Source: a virus
Strand: one strand, 5' to 3'
Virus record (IMG/VR): IMGVR_UViG_3300036791_000264
Location: 50,523-114,522 of that record
Length of the DNA: 64,000 nt
Shown here piece by piece: positions 7,638-18,238 of the stretch (position 1 is the stretch's first letter; each line of letters begins with the position of its first letter). The notes beneath the pieces were generated by a model, which made no database searches, had not been told where the DNA came from, and saw only the letters and a program-made list of their open reading frames with translations. A program made the translations under genes and the position numbers.

Positions 7638-8636
7638 ATGGCCGTGAAGATGATCCTCCAGGATGGGCCGCTCGCTGGGGAACAGCAGCTAGTCGAGAAC
7701 CTCAACACCACCCCTGGGTACGAGATGCAGTTCAACATCCCGAACTACCAGACCTTCGACGCTGCTGGTGAGTCGGTGGTGGGCCAGGGCCTGGTGGCGG
7801 TCTACAGCTATCTGGGGCCTGGGCCGGCTCCAGGAGGAAGTGACACCTGGACGTCGTCCTCGATCTACGAGTTCACAGGTGAGTACTTCGTGCAGCCACC
7901 TGGGCCGGTGACGCCTCCTGGGCCATTGCCGCTGCCGCCCGCGGTGTTCCTGAACGCCTTGAGCGGTATGACGGTCAATGCCGACGACCCAGCGGCGGGG
8001 GTCCAGCTTGTTGGCCTCGCCGGCATGACGGTCGACGCCACAACTACCTCAATCGGCTACGCCACTGTGGCTCTGTTGGCTGAGACCGTCATGAGCATTA
8101 CCCGCCAGTCCTGGTCGAACGTGGTCAGCATGAGCGCCCAGACAACTCTGCAAGTGACAGGGTCTGGTCCGGTCAATGTTCTGACTGCGGAGGACACTTC
8201 GTTTGAGGGTGGCACCACAGGTGATTGGACCGCCGCACTCAACTGCACGATTGCCAACTCCACCGCTCAGGCTCAGGACGGTACTCATTCATTAGCAATG
8301 ACCGCTACCGCGGCTGGGAACATGATGGTGGCGCTCCCGCACGCGGTTTCTGGGATCTCGGTCATACCGGGCACGACGTACACCTTTCGATGTGGATTTT
8401 TCCCCGCCGCCCAGGTCAGATCAGTCGTCGCGTATATCCAGTGGTACAACGCTGCCGGTACCAACATAAATCAGTCACAGGCAAGTGCTACTGAGGTGGC
8501 TGGGCAGTGGGTCTCTGTGAACGCCACAGGGGTAGCCCCAGCCGGGGCGGTAACGGTCGATTTACAGGCCATGGTCAGCAGTGCTGCGATCAACGGGGTC
8601 CACTACATCGATTTGATCGAGTTCTTCTCCCACTAA
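7638..8636 (+). CDS. virion-associated protein with C-terminal carbohydrate-binding-like (CBM4/9-type) domain
   Basis: GGAG-ATG at 7638; SFEGGTTGDW...AQDGTHSL...VIPGTTYTF...YIDLIEF beta-sandwich pattern. Confidence 0.6.
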   Translation: MAVKMILQDGPLAGEQQLVENLNTTPGYEMQFNIPNYQTFDAAGESVVGQGLVAVYSYLGPGPAPGGSDTWTSSSIYEFTGEYFVQPPGPVTPPGPLPLPPAVFLNALSGMTVNADDPAAGVQLVGLAGMTVDATTTSIGYATVALLAETVMSITRQSWSNVVSMSAQTTLQVTGSGPVNVLTAEDTSFEGGTTGDWTAALNCTIANSTAQAQDGTHSLAMTATAAGNMMVALPHAVSGISVIPGTTYTFRCGFFPAAQVRSVVAYIQWYNAAGTNINQSQASATEVAGQWVSVNATGVAPAGAVTVDLQAMVSSAAINGVHYIDLIEFFSH

Positions 8637-8650
8637 CCCTAAGGAAAAAC

Positions 8651-8878
8651 ATGAGCAGCTTGATTACCCTCCGGACCACCGATGGCCGGGTCATCCATGG
8701 CATCAACTACACGGTCAACACCACCGGCCTGCCCACCGATCCAGTGAGGTTGGCTGCGGGTATGCCAGGTGGGTTGGCCTATGGCGTGTACCACGTCCAG
8801 ACCCCTAGTGGCTGGCAGTACATCCCGGCCAGTCAGATCGCCGCTGTCCTGCAAACCAAGGCCGGCGCCCCCACATGA
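8651..8878 (+). CDS. hypothetical protein
   Basis: AAGGA SD; ATGA overlap with dcd. Confidence 0.6.
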   Translation: MSSLITLRTTDGRVIHGINYTVNTTGLPTDPVRLAAGMPGGLAYGVYHVQTPSGWQYIPASQIAAVLQTKAGAPT

Positions 8879-9606
8879 GCGGCGAACACACCCATCCCAC
8901 CCATGGTGTGGGACTGCTGGAGTCCTCAGATATTTTCCACCGAGTGATCAACGAGAAGGGGTCACAGCGCATAGGCATCACGCCGTGGGAGCAGGAGCGT
9001 CTGCAACCGGCCAGCTATGAGATGGCGCTCGGATCCAAGTTCCGGGTGTTCAGCCCGGTGATGACCGAGATCGACCCGGAGTTCCCTGGGGACTACACCC
9101 AGTTGATCGACATCGATGACAACGAGCAGGAGTGGTACGACCAGGGTTACTACCTGCTCTTGCCAGGGGAGTTCATCCTGGGTAGCTCGGTGGAGACCTT
9201 CACCTTCCCATCCGATGTGGCAGGAGAACTCACCGGGAAATCATCCATCGGACGCCTGGGCCTCCAGGTACACGCCACTGCTGGCTTCTTCGATCCCGGT
9301 TTCCGGGGTACGGCCACCCTGGAGATCTCCAACCTGGCTCGGGTACCGATCAGGTTGCGCTCTGGCCTGGTCATCGCTCAGATGCGCTTCGTCACCTTGT
9401 CCAGGCCCAGCGAGTGGGCCTACGGACACCCGTCGCGTCACTCCCACTACCAGGGTCAGAATGGCCCCACACCCAGCCGGCACGGCTCGCGACTGACCAT
9501 CAAGAGGCCGGAAGAGGTTCCAGAGCAGATCGCAGAGCAGCTACAGATCCCCGGAGAAGACTGGTCGAAGTATGAGCGCCATGAATGGAGCGGGACTGGA
9601 CATTAG
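8875..9606 (+). CDS. dcd: dCTP deaminase
   Basis: LQPASYE, LPGEFILG, GKSSIGRLGLQVHATAGFFDPGFRG, TLEISN, YQGQNGPTPS. Confidence 0.95.
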   Translation: MSGEHTHPTHGVGLLESSDIFHRVINEKGSQRIGITPWEQERLQPASYEMALGSKFRVFSPVMTEIDPEFPGDYTQLIDIDDNEQEWYDQGYYLLLPGEFILGSSVETFTFPSDVAGELTGKSSIGRLGLQVHATAGFFDPGFRGTATLEISNLARVPIRLRSGLVIAQMRFVTLSRPSEWAYGHPSRHSHYQGQNGPTPSRHGSRLTIKRPEEVPEQIAEQLQIPGEDWSKYERHEWSGTGH

Positions 9607-9991
9607 CTGCGGTTGCTACAGCGGCACCTGTGAGGCTTTCGACGCCCTGCGGATCATGCTGTCAATGTCAGCCGGCTATGGCGTCCTGGATCATCGCCAC
9701 CAGGGTGGCCCGGTGATGCCCGATCTCCCCTACTACACCTACAGCACTGATGACTTGCTCGGGGAGTGGCCCAATGGCGCCCCTGATGATCCCTTGATCA
9801 TCCTCCTGGCTCACCACGAGCATGAGGGGCGGATCAAGCGGGAGCATGCCTCTTATCTGGCTGATCGCCTGGAGGAGCTAAGCGCGGTCCTCCTGGGGCA
9901 CCCGGACATGCGTTGGGCACTGATGACCCAGCAGTTCGTGCGGGGCCTGCGCTACGCCGTGAGCAATCACATGGATGTTCAGTTCAACTAA
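9572..9991 (+). CDS. hypothetical protein
   Basis: DPLIILLAH..HEGRI..EH...LADRLEEL phage-type pattern; start uncertain. Confidence 0.55.
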   Translation: MSAMNGAGLDISCGCYSGTCEAFDALRIMLSMSAGYGVLDHRHQGGPVMPDLPYYTYSTDDLLGEWPNGAPDDPLIILLAHHEHEGRIKREHASYLADRLEELSAVLLGHPDMRWALMTQQFVRGLRYAVSNHMDVQFN

Positions 9992-10424
9992 TGTGCGGAC
10001 CATGACTACCACTGAGGGCACTCTGGATGATGGATGGGACTTCGCCACTGATCCTCTCAATCCCCAGCCCTACATCTACCCCGTTTGCCCTGACTGCAAG
10101 GAGGCGTGGGTCTACACCCGTTGCCTCAGCCTTTCTCGGGGCGGCTATTACTGGGCGTGGATGCGGCCTCAGCCGGTCACGAAGGGGTGTCGTCACAAGG
10201 GCCACCCTCAGATGCAGAACGACAGAGAGAATCCCGGTGACTGACGAATACCACCAGAAGCTGGACGAGCATTCCTTCGTTCACCGCGTGGATCCCCTGC
10301 GAGATGCAGCCCGCAGGGCGGTGTCGGTCTGGCATCAGGAAGACAACCAAGAGAAGAACGATCTGAGTGAGGAGTTCTGGTCAGCTATGGGTGAGCTAGA
10401 GACAGTCCTGGAGTCGGTGAAGAG

Positions 10425-10922
10425 ATGAGTGATGAAGCTGTCGACGTTAAGCCAATCGTGGTCGGTGCCCGTAGCCTGGGGTTGGACAACGATCCTCAGT
10501 TCTGGCAGGAGGTCAACACCAGTCCCTACCTACAGGCGGCAGTCACAGCCCTGGGGCAGCACCTGGAGAGGGTGCCTGAAGTCGAGGTGACCGCAGATGT
10601 CCGCTCGCTCATGCATGTGGAAGCTGCTGAGAGGCCCCCAGCAGCCCGCAGGAGCGCCGCAAAAAATGTTTCCTCCCCACACCTCCAGAACGCATTTATT
10701 GACGAGGCACGGCATTCTATGGGCCAGCCCTCCCTGGAGGACTGCCACCGGCTTCTCGACGCCTTCGTGGAGATCGACTTCAATGACGACAAGCCTTCGG
10801 TACGAGGCGTCGTGACCCTTGTCACCCAGCCATCTGTTGGCCCCGCCTACGTGATGCTCGACAACGACACGAAGCTGATGTACCCGCTCAACTCGATCCA
10901 GGCCATAAGGAGGATGCCCTGA
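10425..10922 (+). CDS. hypothetical protein
   Basis: coupled overlaps at both ends. Confidence 0.55.
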   Translation: MSDEAVDVKPIVVGARSLGLDNDPQFWQEVNTSPYLQAAVTALGQHLERVPEVEVTADVRSLMHVEAAERPPAARRSAAKNVSSPHLQNAFIDEARHSMGQPSLEDCHRLLDAFVEIDFNDDKPSVRGVVTLVTQPSVGPAYVMLDNDTKLMYPLNSIQAIRRMP

Positions 10923-11506
10923 TGGATCTGCCCACCATTGAAGTCACTGAGGAAGAGGCCCAGGCCAAGCTGGCTGAGTATGAGAAGATGCTGGCTCAGG
11001 ACCGCACCGTCGAAGACGAGGCCATCGCCCAGGCGTACCGTGCGGCCAAGCGTGGCCTCCAGGTGGTGCGCTTGACCGAAGCCGTCAAGATGGCCGGTTA
11101 CTTCGACACTGGTCTGCCTCGCATCGCCATCGCGGGCGCCACCTGGCCTGAGTGCTTTGTGGTCTGGAGTGGGGATGACCTCGTCTTCACCGATGACGGG
11201 GGCTGGTCTCACAACCGCGGTGCCCTGGTGGGGCGTGGTTCAGTGCGGGTGCCCATGCATGATGTGGGAGTTGCCCCCGTGCGGAACTGGCGACGTGGTC
11301 AGGCTCCTATTCCTCTGGTGCCGCCCCGCTGCCGCCCCAGACCTCGCCGGCTGAAGCACTGTCACGTCCTGTGGGAGGTGGAGGCGTGGAACAACGTGCC
11401 CGCCAAGGATCCCGCTCTGCTGCGTCATATACGTGGTGACCTCTGGGCGGTGCTGGCGGTGTGGGATCTGACAGATTTGGAAAGGGCTATCCTTGCCCAG
11501 CGCTGA
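10922..11506 (+). CDS. conserved-looking phage protein of unknown function
   Basis: PLVPPRCRP...HVLWEVEAW...KDPALL..IRGDLWAVLAVWDLTDLERAIL. Confidence 0.7.
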   Translation: MDLPTIEVTEEEAQAKLAEYEKMLAQDRTVEDEAIAQAYRAAKRGLQVVRLTEAVKMAGYFDTGLPRIAIAGATWPECFVVWSGDDLVFTDDGGWSHNRGALVGRGSVRVPMHDVGVAPVRNWRRGQAPIPLVPPRCRPRPRRLKHCHVLWEVEAWNNVPAKDPALLRHIRGDLWAVLAVWDLTDLERAILAQR

Positions 11507-12234
11507 CCTAGGAGGCGAGGCGGGAGGGCCGGCGAGCGGGATTGATCACCCGCCACGAGTCAGCGACGAAACGGCTGACCCCTCCCGTCTTGACCTTGAC
11601 TCGTTCACTGTCGAGGCCATCCCTGGCTTCAACGTGACCATCTGGCCCACGCGGGACCATCTACACCATCTGGTCGCCACCAGGGTCATGGTGGCTGCTC
11701 TGGATCCAGCCCACCCCGTCAATGGCACCATCATGCGCCGGGTCTCAGTGGCTCGCCTGTTGGAGGAGCATGACCACCCGGACAGCAAGCCGTGGTTCGA
11801 CGTACAAACCAGTCATGGTGAAATATCGCGAAGCCAGCACGATAATCCCTCACGGCTGCCAAGCGGACGACTTGAGGGATCTGCTGAAGAGGATCGAGGA
11901 GCAGGGGATGCCAACGATCAACCGCAGGACACGACGCCAGGCCCAGAGAGTGGGGGACAGAGCCAGGAGAGCAAAGGCCAAACGATGAGGTTCTTCAATC
12001 TGCTGCCCAGGGAGTTGGCCCCAGGAGACCAGTGGGACGACGGTCAGATCGTGGAGAGCATTGAGCCGTGGGAGTCCTCGTCGCAGTGCCTCATCATGTT
12101 CCAGGATGGCACCAGCATCGTCTGGCCCTGGGAAGCACCCAGGAGGATCTACCGGCCATGACCCTCTTCTTTGTTGCTGCTGGCTTCACCGTCTGTGGCT
12201 ATCTGCTCATGATTATCGAGAAACTGCGCCACTC

Positions 12235-13287
12235 ATGACCATCGGCCTGGTGATGATCGTCAAGGACGAGGCGTTGATCCTGCCTCGTCTGGCCGACAGC
12301 GTGCGCGACCACATCGATTACTGGACGGTGGTGGACACCGGTAGCACCGACGACACCCTGGAGGTGCTGGACCGGATCTTCACCCCGATCCCAGGCCATG
12401 TGGCGATCCATCCCTTCGACGGGTTCGGCCCATCTCGCACCTTCGCCCTCCAGGAGGCAGAGCCACATACTGACTGGATGCTGTGCCTGTGCGCCGATGA
12501 GACCTTCCATGGTGCCATCGAACTGATCGACGCTGACATCATCGAAGCAGAGCAGCACAATGGCGATCTCCGGTTCTGGCTGCCCCGGTTGCTGAAGTCA
12601 GGCCGGGGCTGGGAGTCGAGAGGTCGGGCACATGAGTACTACTGGTCCCCGGTAGGCAGTGCCACCTGGCCGGCGCGCACCGACACCTTCTACGTCGAGC
12701 ATCACGGTGACGGTCACGACCAGCCCAACAAGTTCCGACGCGACGCCGAGTTGCTCCTCCAGGACTGGGCTGAGGACAGCGCCAATCCCAGGACGGCCTT
12801 CTACCTGGGCCGCACCTATGACTGCATGGGTGAGCCGGCAGAGGCAGTGGGCTGGTACCGCCAGCACATCAACATGGGAGGCTGGATCGAGGAGGTCTTC
12901 TACTCCCGGTTCCGCCTGGGTGTGTGCCTGCTCAACCTGGGCGCCAAGGAGGAAGGTGCGGGGCATCTGTGGGAAGCCTGGGGCATGATCCCCCACCGGG
13001 CTGAGCCTATGGTGGCCCTGTCGGAGCATTATCGCCTCGCCAACCAGTGGACCCTGGCCTGGCATGTCGCCAACCTGGCCCAGGAGTACATGGATCTGGA
13101 TGAGCCTGGCCTGTTCGTGGACAAGTCCATGGAGTGGCGGGTGACGTATGAGATCTCCATCAGTGCCTGGTACACCGATCACAAGGACTGGGGCAAGCTG
13201 GCCCTCAACCGGCTGCTGCGCTACCCCGACATCCCGGAGCCGTTCTATAGCTCGATCCGCTCCAACCAGGAGTTCTACTTCACATGA
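12235..13287 (+). CDS. glycosyltransferase family 2 with C-terminal TPR-like repeats
   Basis: LVMIVKDEA, VDTGSTDDT, FGPSRTFAL, ADE, AHEY, PRTAFYLGRTY; start re-assigned to ATG 12235. Confidence 0.85.
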   Translation: MTIGLVMIVKDEALILPRLADSVRDHIDYWTVVDTGSTDDTLEVLDRIFTPIPGHVAIHPFDGFGPSRTFALQEAEPHTDWMLCLCADETFHGAIELIDADIIEAEQHNGDLRFWLPRLLKSGRGWESRGRAHEYYWSPVGSATWPARTDTFYVEHHGDGHDQPNKFRRDAELLLQDWAEDSANPRTAFYLGRTYDCMGEPAEAVGWYRQHINMGGWIEEVFYSRFRLGVCLLNLGAKEEGAGHLWEAWGMIPHRAEPMVALSEHYRLANQWTLAWHVANLAQEYMDLDEPGLFVDKSMEWRVTYEISISAWYTDHKDWGKLALNRLLRYPDIPEPFYSSIRSNQEFYFT

Positions 13288-13579
13288 GTCAGGCCAGTCT
13301 GCCACCCATCACTGGCCCGGACCCAGAGCCACCGGACGGTGAGCAGTTAGCACAGATCACGGTGCGGATAAAACGCAGCGAGCTACGCATGTTCCTGCTC
13401 CTCCTGCCGGAAACGGTGGACTACCTGGAGGTGCAGTTTCTTGAGTGACAGCTTCACCTGTCCCCGGTGCGGCATGACCAGCCACAATCCTCATGACTTG
13501 GAGGAGGGCTATTGCGCGAAGTGCTGCACCTGGACTGCCCCACCCTGGGGCATCGTCTGGCCCTTCGTCAGGAGTTCGG

Positions 13580-14206
13580 ATGATCCACCTAGTTCGTAAG
13601 CCGGTTCTGTCGGTCGTAGAGGGTGACAACGACGACCTGATGGTCAAGGTGGCACGTCTGTGGATCCGGCCCTCAGACATCGTCCTGGACACCACCTACG
13701 GCAGGGGCGCCTTCTGGTCGAAGCGCCGGCCCAGGCACCTGATCATCAGTGAGTACGACTTCACGGCCCTGCCCTACGAGGACGGCTATGCCGACGTGGT
13801 GGTGTACGACCCGCCTTATACATCTAACGGTGGGGACGCCACCGACGAGGACGTGGCCGAGATGCGTGAGCGCTATGGCACCAACGACATCAAGGGCTGG
13901 CAGAACCTCTTTGTCCGTAACGCTCAGGGCCTAAAGGAGTGCGCCCGTGTGTCGCGCCGGCTGGTCATGGTCAAGTGCGCTGACTTCGTGGAGAGTGGCG
14001 CCAAGCGTTGGGGCCACCAGGAAATGCTCGACACGGCCAAGGGCATCGGTCTGAAGCGGGTGGATGAGTTCGTGCTGGTGTCAGGCCCCGGCCCTCAACC
14101 CAAGAAGAACCTGGACGGCTCAGTGCGTCGCCAAGTCCACTCCAGGCGGGCGCACAGCTTCCTGTGCGTCTTCACCACTGGAAGCCTGACCAGAAGGGGC
14201 GGGTGA
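13580..14206 (+). CDS. DNA amino-methyltransferase (N6A/N4C type)
   Basis: VLDTTYGRGAFW (SAM-binding) and VVYDPPY (catalytic motif IV); GGAG SD before ATG 13580. Confidence 0.8.
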   Translation: MIHLVRKPVLSVVEGDNDDLMVKVARLWIRPSDIVLDTTYGRGAFWSKRRPRHLIISEYDFTALPYEDGYADVVVYDPPYTSNGGDATDEDVAEMRERYGTNDIKGWQNLFVRNAQGLKECARVSRRLVMVKCADFVESGAKRWGHQEMLDTAKGIGLKRVDEFVLVSGPGPQPKKNLDGSVRRQVHSRRAHSFLCVFTTGSLTRRGG

Positions 14207-14627
14207 GGGGGCGTAGCTCCTCCTCCAGGAGCCGCTCCTTCTCGGACCAGCGCTCGGTGCCCCGGAAGATGGGCAGGCCCCGCCAGCCGCCCAGGGCCTC
14301 TGCGATCTCGTCAGGCTGGAGGAGCGGGTGGCCTACCGGGAAGTTGTCGACGTGGGCGACGTGCTTGTCCACCTGGGTGCGGAGGAACTGACCGTAGAGG
14401 TCACAGCACAGCACCAGGGGATAGGGGGTGACGGTGCCCTGATAGGGGAAGGTCATGTTCTTGGACAGCACCACGTCCATGTCGGTGGCTAGTTCAGGGG
14501 TGGTGTGCAGGAGGATCCCCTGCACGTACTTGGATCGGCTGACATCCCAGAGAAGGACGAGGTTGCTGCGGCCATCACTGACTCGCACCCTCACGATGTC
14601 TCCGACTTGTGGGTTCTTGATCATCAC
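14172..14627 (-). CDS. hypothetical protein
   Basis: last gene of the long minus-strand run. Confidence 0.55.
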   Translation of the reverse strand: MMIKNPQVGDIVRVRVSDGRSNLVLLWDVSRSKYVQGILLHTTPELATDMDVVLSKNMTFPYQGTVTPYPLVLCCDLYGQFLRTQVDKHVAHVDNFPVGHPLLQPDEIAEALGGWRGLPIFRGTERWSEKERLLEEELRPLTRPFWSGFQW

Positions 14628-14965
14628 TTACTTCAAGGAGCCTTCCGCCCCCAGGTGTCAAGATTTTGTGGCGGTTCATAACCAACTGGGCGCAGCATCC
14701 GCCATTGGCCCTCATGTTCTCCTGTCCCGAACTCCACGTAGCCAGAAGGCCCTCCCCAGCGCATCCACTCAGCTACAGGCTCGTCCATGCTCATCCAGTC
14801 GGACGGGATATAGACGGTCACGGGAAGGCTCCTGACGTGTCGATGAGCATGAGGCTGTGGCGATTCAGTTCGTGCGCGAAGTTCTCCAGGTCGAAGTCTT
14901 CGATGTCCATGATCCTCACCATGTAGATGTCGGCCAGGAACCGACGTATCTCTTCTCGCAGTTCC

Positions 14966-15358
14966 TCACGCACGGCGCAGCCGGTCGTACTTGCCCATCA
15001 GTCGCTGGGCCACGTCCATGGCCTCCTGAGAGGGATTCTCGATGTCGCGCTTGCCATGCTCAGCGGCCTCAGCACCGGAGGAGAACAGCGGTGTGTGCTC
15101 CTCAACGGTGCTGGGGTCGATGCCCCACATACGGAAGGCTAGAGGCTCATGTGCGTGGTCTTGGCGCCCGTGTACGACCGCCCAGCCATGGCAGATGACC
15201 TCAGGCGTGGCATGGCAGTGGAAGGCCCCTATGGGCTGCTCAGCGGTCACTGCGTCGTACTGAGCCAGCTTGTCGTACTCGACGGCAGCCCACACCCCAC
15301 TGGGTACGTCGCGTCGGTAGGGGCACGCGGTGCAGGACTCCTTGCGGATGTCAGTCAT
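14966..15358 (-). CDS. DUF6283-like Cys/His protein
   Basis: CTACPYRRDVPSGVWAAVEYDKL...FHCH...ICHGW. Confidence 0.7.
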   Translation of the reverse strand: MTDIRKESCTACPYRRDVPSGVWAAVEYDKLAQYDAVTAEQPIGAFHCHATPEVICHGWAVVHGRQDHAHEPLAFRMWGIDPSTVEEHTPLFSSGAEAAEHGKRDIENPSQEAMDVAQRLMGKYDRLRRA

Positions 15359-15763
15359 TGCTTCCCCAACTCTCGGACCTCCAGAATGAAAGTGACTTCG
15401 GCCTCGGTGGGTAGCTCTTCATCGAAGCCAGGCTTGGTGGGTGAATACCAGCGCCAGGTGCCGTGATCGTCGTACAACTCCCAGCCACCATCCAGGCGCA
15501 GGATGACCTTGGCGGTGGTGGGCCAGTCGGAAGCATCTTCGGTCATAGCAGAGATCCTTCTCGGTAGCGGGCGTACATTCTGGTGCCACCCTCGCGTCCA
15601 CCACCCAACACGAAGACTTCGGAACTGTGGTCTTTCGGCCACATAAGCGACCTCAAGGCCCGGTCGATACTGGACCGGCTGAAGGGAAGCTGCTCAGCTA
15701 GTCGGCTGGCGGTGGTGAAATGAGGCATGACAGGTATGGCCTTCAGCACTTCCTCGCGGACGG

Positions 15764-15964
15764 TCATCGGGGTGGGTTCTTAATGATCTCGTCGTTGATG
15801 CCCTGGGCAGCGAGGATGTGAGCGATGATGTCGCTGAGAAGGATGAAATCCTTCTGTGGCGCAGCTACCGGGGCGCCCACGCGCTCAGCTTCAGCGAGTA
15901 GCTCTGGCCGGCGCATCTTGTGCAGCCGGCGCTCATAGCCCACCAGCGAGTGGATCTCACTCAC
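15764..15964 (-). CDS. small HeH/Rho-N-like helical protein
   Basis: LHKMRRPELLAEAERVG...DIIAHILAAQ. Confidence 0.45.
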   Translation of the reverse strand: MSEIHSLVGYERRLHKMRRPELLAEAERVGAPVAAPQKDFILLSDIIAHILAAQGINDEIIKNPPR

Positions 15965-16139
15965 TGATGCTCCACCACCACGCTGTTCTCAAAGAACTCG
16001 TGCGGCATCCAGGTCGTCCATGGATCGGGGCGGAAGTCGACCTGGATGGTGGTGGGGTCGAGGTGCCCAGGTAGGCGCACCAGCACCTGCTGCTGGCTGT
16101 CGGGCACGGTGATGACGACGGCGGTCTCTTGGTAGGTGG

Positions 16140-16454
16140 TCATCGGCCCAGCAGTCGATTGAGCCGCTCGTCGTAGCGCTGCTGGCGAGCGTCGGTGCGG
16201 ATGGATGCAGCGATGGACGAGGCCACGATGTCAGCGCAGGCGTCCGGTCCCAGACCGAAATCCTTGGCGTTGACCTCGGCGCAGATCTGGTTGGCCTGCT
16301 CGTAGGTCTTGCCCCAATACCAGGGCTGGGCCAGGTCATCCTTACCGATCATGGGCTGGTGTCCAGACTCGCCCTCGGTGACCAGCGACGGTATGTAGCC
16401 GTACTCGTTGCACTGGCCGTGGGGGATGTAATAGCAGCGGCGAGGTTCAGTCAT
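16140..16454 (-). CDS. hypothetical protein
   Basis: ATGA-coupled chain. Confidence 0.6.
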   Translation of the reverse strand: MTEPRRCYYIPHGQCNEYGYIPSLVTEGESGHQPMIGKDDLAQPWYWGKTYEQANQICAEVNAKDFGLGPDACADIVASSIAASIRTDARQQRYDERLNRLLGR

Positions 16455-16858
16455 GACTTCTTCTCCTTGTGTTCAAAGCCCCAGCCACACTTGACCCAGT
16501 TGGCCGGGTAGCCCAGGAGCTTGTCGGCGGCGTCCTTGGCGCCCTGGATGTCACCGTTCCAGGTGCCAGCCATCTCCCAGCGCCAGCCCCCGCCCTTGTG
16601 GCTGACGTTCAGCACCCAGTTGCGATCCTGGTTGCGAGAGGCACTGGGGTTCTTCGGCGGGGACAGCGAGATGCGGTACTCGATCTGGTCGGTGCCTAGG
16701 GTCATGCCGGTGGGACGATGCCCGTGGGTCAGGCGCCGGGTGTCATGGTCGTCCTTGTGGCGCAGCACCAGCTTCTGATGGGGCAGGCGCATGGCCTTGT
16801 GGGTGTCGTCACCGTGCTGGACGGCGAGGTGGCTGACCAGTTGCTGCTTGGGGGTCAT
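16451..16858 (-). CDS. hypothetical protein
   Basis: ATGA-coupled chain. Confidence 0.6.
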   Translation of the reverse strand: MTPKQQLVSHLAVQHGDDTHKAMRLPHQKLVLRHKDDHDTRRLTHGHRPTGMTLGTDQIEYRISLSPPKNPSASRNQDRNWVLNVSHKGGGWRWEMAGTWNGDIQGAKDAADKLLGYPANWVKCGWGFEHKEKKS

Positions 16859-17057
16859 GACTCTTCCCCGATGTAGAACTCCTCAGGCTTGCCGTTCATG
16901 GTGACCCCGTCGCGCCAGGTCAGCCCAATGGTGTAGCGAGAGCCATGGAGGTAAGTGATGAACCACTGGCCTAGGCCATCCTTGATGACCTGATAGTCAT
17001 CGGTCTGGTGGTAGACGGTCTTGCCCGCCTCCACTGCTGCCTTGATCTCTTCTAGGG

Positions 17058-17486
17058 TCATGACTTGTACTCCGGGTGCAGGGCCAGGAACTGCGCCCGT
17101 AGCTCTCGATTGATGTCGAGGTGATGCACGAGCAGACGGCCTCTCTCCGAGTCCAAGAGCTTGCGGCCCTCTGGGTCTGGACACCAGACGTGAGACCCGT
17201 CGTCACCCTTGACCAGTTTCTGGGCGGGCACGAGCCGGGTGCCATTCACGAACACATCGACATAGGGTTCCTGTTCGGCGCCAGCGGGCCAGGCCCGGAA
17301 GGTGACGCTGGTGACACGGGCCTCGATGTCGTCCCCAGTGATCTCCTGGCCCTCCCGGAACACCCTGAGGCGTTGCTCAGACAGTGAGTTAGGCATGGTG
17401 GCGTCCAGTCGGCCCTGGATGTCGGGACCGTCTTCCACCTCGTACTCGTACTCGTGGAAGACTTGAGGGTTAGGTGCGAGGTTCAT
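17058..17486 (-). CDS. hypothetical protein
   Basis: ATGA-coupled chain. Confidence 0.6.
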   Translation of the reverse strand: MNLAPNPQVFHEYEYEVEDGPDIQGRLDATMPNSLSEQRLRVFREGQEITGDDIEARVTSVTFRAWPAGAEQEPYVDVFVNGTRLVPAQKLVKGDDGSHVWCPDPEGRKLLDSERGRLLVHHLDINRELRAQFLALHPEYKS

Positions 17487-17929
17487 GGCTTGGACTCGAT
17501 GATGTTGCGAAAGGCGTCGTCGCCCTCAGCAGGCAGATGGGCCAGCGAGTAGCCGCTGGGGCAGCCTTGCGAGTGAAGGGCGATGCGGCCCTCAGCCACG
17601 GTGTAGAAGGTGGTGACCGGGGTGTGGGGGTCCAGTGGCGAGTACAGACCGATCCGGCGCTCAGCGTCGGTGGTCAGGTCGTAGCGCTCCTCCTCGTCAG
17701 CGGTGGTGTTGTAGGTGAGCGTGCGAACGATGGCACTGGTCAGGTTGTCCAGGCTGGACAGCGGCACCACCAGCACCTGGCGACCGGTGACGGTGGCGCC
17801 GGCATAGCCACGGCCATCCTCAAGCACGTCTGAGGACTCGACAGCGATGACAGCGACGGCCTTGCCCTCCCGGCGTTGCAGGCTCACGTCGTACTGGGTG
17901 GTGGTGCGGGTGACTTTCTTCGCCATCAT
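17483..17929 (-). CDS. hypothetical protein
   Basis: ATGA-coupled chain. Confidence 0.6.
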   Translation of the reverse strand: MMAKKVTRTTTQYDVSLQRREGKAVAVIAVESSDVLEDGRGYAGATVTGRQVLVVPLSSLDNLTSAIVRTLTYNTTADEEERYDLTTDAERRIGLYSPLDPHTPVTTFYTVAEGRIALHSQGCPSGYSLAHLPAEGDDAFRNIIESKP

Positions 17930-18183
17930 GGTGCCAGCACTTTCCAGCCGAAGCTGGCCCAGCGGGCGGGGGTGGGGGGCTTGAGGCCCTTCAGCTTGAC
18001 GGTGTACTGGGCACGGCGACGATTGTTAATCCTTCCGGAGGAGGTCTCGTCGGCGGGCCAGCACAGGTCGTAGCGCAGCATGTCAGCGGGGAAATCCCCA
18101 CTGCCCTGCACCTCAAACTCGATGGCGTTTTGCGCCGCCTCGATGAGCTTGTCCTTCTGGCGGGCGGTCAGTTTGGTAGGCAT
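17926..18183 (-). CDS. hypothetical protein
   Basis: AAGGAG SD before ATG 18183; FPADMLRYDLCWP...PTPARWASFGW. Confidence 0.65.
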   Translation of the reverse strand: MPTKLTARQKDKLIEAAQNAIEFEVQGSGDFPADMLRYDLCWPADETSSGRINNRRRAQYTVKLKGLKPPTPARWASFGWKVLAP

Positions 18184-18238
18184 TCGTACTCCTTGCTGGT
18201 TGTCGGCGGGTTGTCGGTTGCTGTGGTAGCTGTTGGTC

